64,000 bases of DNA, taken from assembly GCA_965223545.1 (NCBI GenBank), contig OZ245006.1, positions 7,520,001 through 7,584,000 on the forward strand. The letters run 5' to 3'. The translations under genes and the position numbers were made by a program. Under the pieces are notes generated by a model. The model searched no databases and was not told the DNA's origin. It saw nothing but the letters and a program-made list of their open reading frames with translations. This document shows, one piece after another, positions 59,540-64,000 of the stretch. This stretch comes from Planctomycetota bacterium (GTDB taxonomy: Bacteria; Planctomycetota; UBA1135; UBA2386). Every line of letters starts with the position of its first letter. The stretch's first letter is position 1.

Positions 59540-60525
59540 TCTTGGTGACGGGTGGCGCGGGCTACATCGGCTCGCACACCGTGCTGGCGCTGATGGAGCG
59601 CGGCCGCGAGGTCGTGGTTCTGGACGATTTCAGCGAGGGGCATCGGGCCGCCGTCGGCGACGCGACGCTCGAAGAGGGCACCTTGTTGGACGCCGGCTTC
59701 GTCGGTGACGTGTTTGCGCGGCACGACGTCGGCGCGGTGTTTCACTTCGCCGCCAAGTGCCTGGTCGGCGAGTCGGTGCGCGACCCCGGCAAGTACTGGT
59801 CGCAGAACGTCATCGCGACCTACAACCTGCTGGCGGCGATGGCGGCGAAAGGGTGTCAGCGGTTCGTGCTCAGCTCGACCGCGGCCACCTATGGCGAGGT
59901 GGAGACCGTGCCGATCGCCGAGGACGTACCGCAGCGGCCCTGCAACCCGTATGGCGAGACCAAGCTGTCGTGCGAGCGCATGCTGCGCGACTTTGCGGTC
60001 GCCCACGGCATCGATTCGGTCGCGCTGCGCTACTTCAACGCGGCCGGCGCCGATCCGGAGGGGCGCCGTGGCGAGGATCACGATCCGGAGACGCACTTGA
60101 TCCCCAACGTGATCGGCGCCGCGCTGGGCACCCGCCCGGCGCTGACCGTGTTCGGCGACGACTACGACACACCGGATGGCACGTGCGTGCGCGACTACAT
60201 CCACGTCGTCGACCTGTCGATGGCGCACGTGCTGGCGTTGGAGGCGATGGAGCGGGGCGAGGGCGGCGCGCGCGCCTACAACCTGGGCAACACCACCGGG
60301 ACGTCGGTCCGCGAGATCATCCGGACGGTCGAGGACGTCGGTGGCCGGCCGGTTCCGTACGAGATCGGCGCGCGCAGGCCGGGCGACCCGGCCACCCTGG
60401 TCGGCAGCAGCGAGCGCATCACCCGCGAGCTGGGATGGTCGCCGCGTTACGGCAGCACTCGGGACATCGTGGAGACTGCCTGGCGCTGGCACGAGAGCCA
60501 CCCCGAGGGCTATGCCGATGGCTGA
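59536..60525 (+). CDS. galE: UDP-glucose 4-epimerase
   Basis: ILVTGGAGYIGSH, HFAA, VGESV, SSTAATYG, YGETK, LRYFN, TPDGTCVRDYIHV, RRPGDP. Confidence 0.96.
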   Translation: MILVTGGAGYIGSHTVLALMERGREVVVLDDFSEGHRAAVGDATLEEGTLLDAGFVGDVFARHDVGAVFHFAAKCLVGESVRDPGKYWSQNVIATYNLLAAMAAKGCQRFVLSSTAATYGEVETVPIAEDVPQRPCNPYGETKLSCERMLRDFAVAHGIDSVALRYFNAAGADPEGRRGEDHDPETHLIPNVIGAALGTRPALTVFGDDYDTPDGTCVRDYIHVVDLSMAHVLALEAMERGEGGARAYNLGNTTGTSVREIIRTVEDVGGRPVPYEIGARRPGDPATLVGSSERITRELGWSPRYGSTRDIVETAWRWHESHPEGYADG

Positions 60526-61681
60526 TCGGTGGGCGCCGGGCGCGGCGCTGCTCTCGGCCCTCGCCGGGTTCGGGTCGTGTACGACGTTCGAGCTCGCGCG
60601 CGACGAGTTCGACGCGGTGACGCGCCGCGACGACGCCGCCGCGGAGCCGGAACGCCTCAGCTACGATTTCCAGCCGCGCCGCTATCCGTGGCTCGTGCGC
60701 TCACTCAACGGCCTCGGCCTGGACGGTGTCCTGGCGGCGACGCTGGAGGTCGAGCCCGAGCCGACCAAGGTCGACAACCCGGCCAAGCTCGTCCGCGACT
60801 GCTTGCACGTGCTGGCCGCCTCCGCCGGTCGCGACCTCGAGCGGATCGGCGAGGCGGCGGTGCGCGAGCTGTGGATCGTGCAGGTCGGCAGCGATCAACC
60901 GCTCAACCAGATCGTCGCGCTGCAGGGCATGAGCGGTCACCTGGCCGATCTGGCGGTCGACCCGCTGCAGACGCCGGTGCCCGACCCCGGCGGCACGTCG
61001 GCGACCGAGGTGGCGGCCTGGTTGGAGACGCTGAGTGCGCACTGGCCGCAGGCGCGCGGCGGCGCGCAGCCGGCGGCCGCCGAGCGCGCTGCCTATCTCG
61101 AGGCCTTGGCCGCGCTCACCGAGGCGCCGCTGCCCGACGGTGTCGAGCAGCGCGCGCTGATCGGCGCGCTGGTGCGTGGCGTCCGCCGCGAGGGCGATGC
61201 CGAGTTGCGCGCGGCGACGCGCGCGGCGCTGCGGCGCGCGCTGGTGCACGGGCTGTCGCTGGGGTTGCGCGGTGCCCTCTACGCCGAGAGCCCGCGCGTG
61301 CGGGAGGCCGCCATCGTCGGTCTGCGCCGGCTCGCGGGGCCGCCGGCGGTGGGCTACGTCCTGGCCCGCTTGGCCAAGCCGCCGGCCATGCTGGTCGCCG
61401 ACAGCAACCGCTTCGACGACGATCGCCTGCTGCGCCTCAAGCTGGTGCGGATGTGCGCCCAGCTGGCGCCGAAAGACGCCCTGGAGGCGGTCGCGGGCGG
61501 CGTGCCGCCAGTGGAGTTTCTGTACGAGACCGCGGTCGGCGATCAGGACGCCAACCTGCGCATGGTGGCGCTGGACGCGCTGGCGCGCTGCCTGCAGCGC
61601 CCGCTGTCGTTCGACCTCGCCTGGGCCGAGCGCTGGTGGCAAGACGAGTACGTGCCGGGTGGCCAGCGGGGCAGCGGCTGA
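60518..61681 (+). CDS. HEAT-repeat lipoprotein
   Basis: Lipobox-like GFGSC; ESPRVREAAIVGL and DANLRMVALDAL; overlaps galE stop. Confidence 0.65.
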   Translation: MADRWAPGAALLSALAGFGSCTTFELARDEFDAVTRRDDAAAEPERLSYDFQPRRYPWLVRSLNGLGLDGVLAATLEVEPEPTKVDNPAKLVRDCLHVLAASAGRDLERIGEAAVRELWIVQVGSDQPLNQIVALQGMSGHLADLAVDPLQTPVPDPGGTSATEVAAWLETLSAHWPQARGGAQPAAAERAAYLEALAALTEAPLPDGVEQRALIGALVRGVRREGDAELRAATRAALRRALVHGLSLGLRGALYAESPRVREAAIVGLRRLAGPPAVGYVLARLAKPPAMLVADSNRFDDDRLLRLKLVRMCAQLAPKDALEAVAGGVPPVEFLYETAVGDQDANLRMVALDALARCLQRPLSFDLAWAERWWQDEYVPGGQRGSG

Positions 61682-61682
61682 G

Positions 61683-62264
61683 ATGAGCGAGGAGCCGCTA
61701 CAGACGGCCTGGCTGCCGCCGGTCACTCCGTACGACGGCAGCCAGCTGCGCCCGCACTGGATCCGGCGCACGACCGGCCTCGTCGGCGACGCGCTGATCG
61801 CGTTCCGCGGTCCGTGCCGGCTGGCGCGGACCGAGATCGCCGACCTCGAAGACCAGCTCGAAGGTCCAGGCATCGCCGGCGACGACATGCTGCACTTCGT
61901 CGAAGAGGTGTTCGACGATGGCGACATCGGCAGGGCGCTGCTGCGCCAACGGCTGTTTGCCGCGACGATGCTGGAGCTCTTGCTCGCGCGCGCGCCGGGA
62001 GCCCCGCTGCGCCGCGACGGCGACGATTTGTTCGCCGGTGACGGCAAACTGTCGATTTCGGTGGCGACGCGCTCCTTGATCTCCGGCCTCATGCACTTCG
62101 CCCTCAACGTCACCAACTCCGGCACGCCGGTGCGCACGGCGTCGCTCACCGATCTCGGTGTCGAGCCGCGCGAGCTGGCCGAAGCCGCGCTGCGGCAGGC
62201 CGCTTTGGAGCGCGGTTCGATGCGGCGCGCCCGCTGTCAGGTGCGCGGGCGGGAGGAGTCATGA
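61683..62264 (+). CDS. DUF366-family protein
   Basis: YDGSQL, IAFRGPC, DLED, MLHF, RQRL, RDGDDL, KLSISVAT, HFALNV. Confidence 0.8.
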   Translation: MSEEPLQTAWLPPVTPYDGSQLRPHWIRRTTGLVGDALIAFRGPCRLARTEIADLEDQLEGPGIAGDDMLHFVEEVFDDGDIGRALLRQRLFAATMLELLLARAPGAPLRRDGDDLFAGDGKLSISVATRSLISGLMHFALNVTNSGTPVRTASLTDLGVEPRELAEAALRQAALERGSMRRARCQVRGREES

Positions 62265-63481
62265 GCGCGCGTCGCGGTCACGTCGTGCAGCTGATCAAGC
62301 TGCTGCTGGTGGGCGCCTTGATGGCGTTCGTGTTCTACAACGTGCAGTGGCGCGACGCCCACATCGTGCAGCTCGCCGACGGCGAGCAGCAGCACACCGC
62401 CGGCGAGATCGTCGGCCGGTGGGATACGCAAACGGTGACCTTTCGGCCGCTCGACGCCGACGGCGAGCCGACGGGCGAGGTGCAAGAGATCACGCCGTCC
62501 CCGCCCGAGGACGTGGTCTCGCCCGGCTTCTTCACCTACGTCCTCAACCTCGACAAGGCCTGGTTCGCGCTGGGCGCGCTGTGCTACTGCGCGAGCGTGT
62601 TCTTCGCCAGCACGCGGTGGTGGTGGCTGCTGCGCGTCAACGACCTCCGCGTGACCTGGTTCGAGACGCTGCGATTCACCTGGATCGGGCTGTTCTTCAA
62701 CAACATCGTGCCGGGTCAGACCGGTGGTGACCTGGTCAAGGCGCTGTACATCGTCAAGCACTGCGAGGGCGGCCGCATGCCCGCGCTGGTCTCGGTGCTG
62801 GTCGATCGCATCCTGGGGCTGGGGTCGCTGGCGTTGCTCGGCGCGCTGGTCGTGCTCTTCGCGCTCGACAAGGACGGCTTCGGCCTGATCGCCATCGGGG
62901 TCTGGTCGGTGCTCGGCGTCGTCGCGATCGCCGGCGTCGTCGCCTTCAGCAAGCGGGTGCGGCGGCTGGTCCGGCTGGACGAGCTGCTGCGCGCCCTGCC
63001 GGCCGGCATCAGCGGCATCCTGCAGAAGGTCGACCAGGCGGTCTACTTCTACCGCGGCCACAAGCGGGGGATCGCGGTGTGGCTGGTGCTCGGCATGGGC
63101 AACCACGTGGTCTCGGTGCTGAGCATCCTGCTGGTCGGCGAGGCGCTCGGCGTCGGCATGCCGCCGCTCGAGTACTTCGTCCTGGTGCCGATGATCACCA
63201 TCCTGTCGGCGTTCCCGATCGGACCCAACGGCTGGGGTGTCGGCGAAGCGCTCTACAAGACGCTGTTCGGCAAGTTCGGCGCGCCGCACCTGGTCGACGT
63301 CGCCAAGCCGACGGCCGAGTTCATCATGGGAACCCGCGGCGTCGCCCTGTCGGTGCTCTACCGCGTGCACCTGACGTTGTGGTCGCTGGTCGGCGGAGTG
63401 CTGGTGTTGTTCGAGCGCGACAAGGTGACGCGCAGCGACATCGAGCAGGAGGTCGAGCGCGAGGCCGTCGAGGGCGCGTGA
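62261..63481 (+). CDS. Lysylphosphatidylglycerol-synthase TM / UPF0104 flippase-like membrane protein
   Basis: RWWWLL, IGLFFNNIVPGQTGGDLVKA, SVLVDRILG, PIGPNGWGVGE. Confidence 0.85.
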   Translation: MSARRGHVVQLIKLLLVGALMAFVFYNVQWRDAHIVQLADGEQQHTAGEIVGRWDTQTVTFRPLDADGEPTGEVQEITPSPPEDVVSPGFFTYVLNLDKAWFALGALCYCASVFFASTRWWWLLRVNDLRVTWFETLRFTWIGLFFNNIVPGQTGGDLVKALYIVKHCEGGRMPALVSVLVDRILGLGSLALLGALVVLFALDKDGFGLIAIGVWSVLGVVAIAGVVAFSKRVRRLVRLDELLRALPAGISGILQKVDQAVYFYRGHKRGIAVWLVLGMGNHVVSVLSILLVGEALGVGMPPLEYFVLVPMITILSAFPIGPNGWGVGEALYKTLFGKFGAPHLVDVAKPTAEFIMGTRGVALSVLYRVHLTLWSLVGGVLVLFERDKVTRSDIEQEVEREAVEGA

Positions 63482-63619
63482 GCGCCGGACTCCGGCGTCC
63501 TCACCACCATGGCAACGACGATGCCGCGCCCGGCGCGCGTGGCCGTATCGCGCTCCTGATCCGACCACCACTCGAGAGTCAGCGGTCCGCGGCCGAACGG
63601 GCTGCTATCCTACTGGGCA

Positions 63620-64000
63620 ATGTCACTGCTCGTAGTCGGCTCCACCGCGTTCGATTCCATCCAGACCCCGTTCGGCACCCGCGAAGACTGCCTCGGCGGC
63701 TCGTCGACGTACTTCGCGCTGGCGGCTTGCCTGTTCACCGAGGTGCGGCTGGTGAGCGTCGTCGGCGAGGATTTTCCCGCCGAGCACCGGCAGCTGCTGG
63801 AATCGCGCGGCATGAAGCTCGACGGGCTCGAAGTGCAGCCCGGCAAGACGTTTCGCTGGAGCGGTCGCTACTCGGCCGACATGAACCAGCGGGAGACGCT
63901 GGACGTGCAGCTGAACACTTTCGGCGGCTTCGCGCCGGTCGTGCCGGACGCCTTCCGCCGCACCAGCTACGTCTTCTTGGCCAACGGTGCCCCGGCCACG
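63620..64000 (+). CDS. PfkB-family carbohydrate/nucleoside kinase (3' truncated by window)
   Basis: My translation from ATG 63620: MSLLVVGSTAFDSIQTPFG...LGGSSTYFALAA...VVGEDFP...GKTFRWSGRY. Confidence 0.85.
   Translation, partial: MSLLVVGSTAFDSIQTPFGTREDCLGGSSTYFALAACLFTEVRLVSVVGEDFPAEHRQLLESRGMKLDGLEVQPGKTFRWSGRYSADMNQRETLDVQLNTFGGFAPVVPDAFRRTSYVFLANGAPAT

Overview
High-GC bacterial chromosomal segment, most consistent with an uncultured Planctomycetota-type organism (inferred from a double-length UvrA, many exported HEAT/TPR proteins and an ECF sigma factor). Housekeeping genes include fusA (3' end), a class V aminotransferase, gpmI, fused sat-cysC, uvrA, thiE, thiL, tsaE, cca, a UbiA-family prenyltransferase, rseP, dxr, purM, ppk2, galE and a PfkB kinase (5' end). 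They are interleaved with many exported proteins of unknown function. Main highlights: (1) An intact IS110-family element (about 21373-23015) sits exactly in the loop of a REP-like palindrome. An empty copy of that palindrome occurs at 38327-38378, so the target, the 3-nt core (CTG/CAG) and the element ends can be read from the sequence. (2) The element's ~250-bp non-coding end is structured and carries two target-matching segments, making it a bridge/seekRNA candidate with an apparently non-canonical guide orientation. (3) A ~110-140 aa C-terminal domain is shared by four otherwise unrelated secreted proteins and may be a new sorting/anchoring signal. (4) A GT2 synthase-glycoside hydrolase fusion with altered motifs heads a probable surface-glycan operon. 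(5) Two paralogous secreted HEAT-repeat proteins have identical termini. No rRNA, tRNA or CRISPR array was recognised. All product calls come from motif recognition by eye, not database searches.
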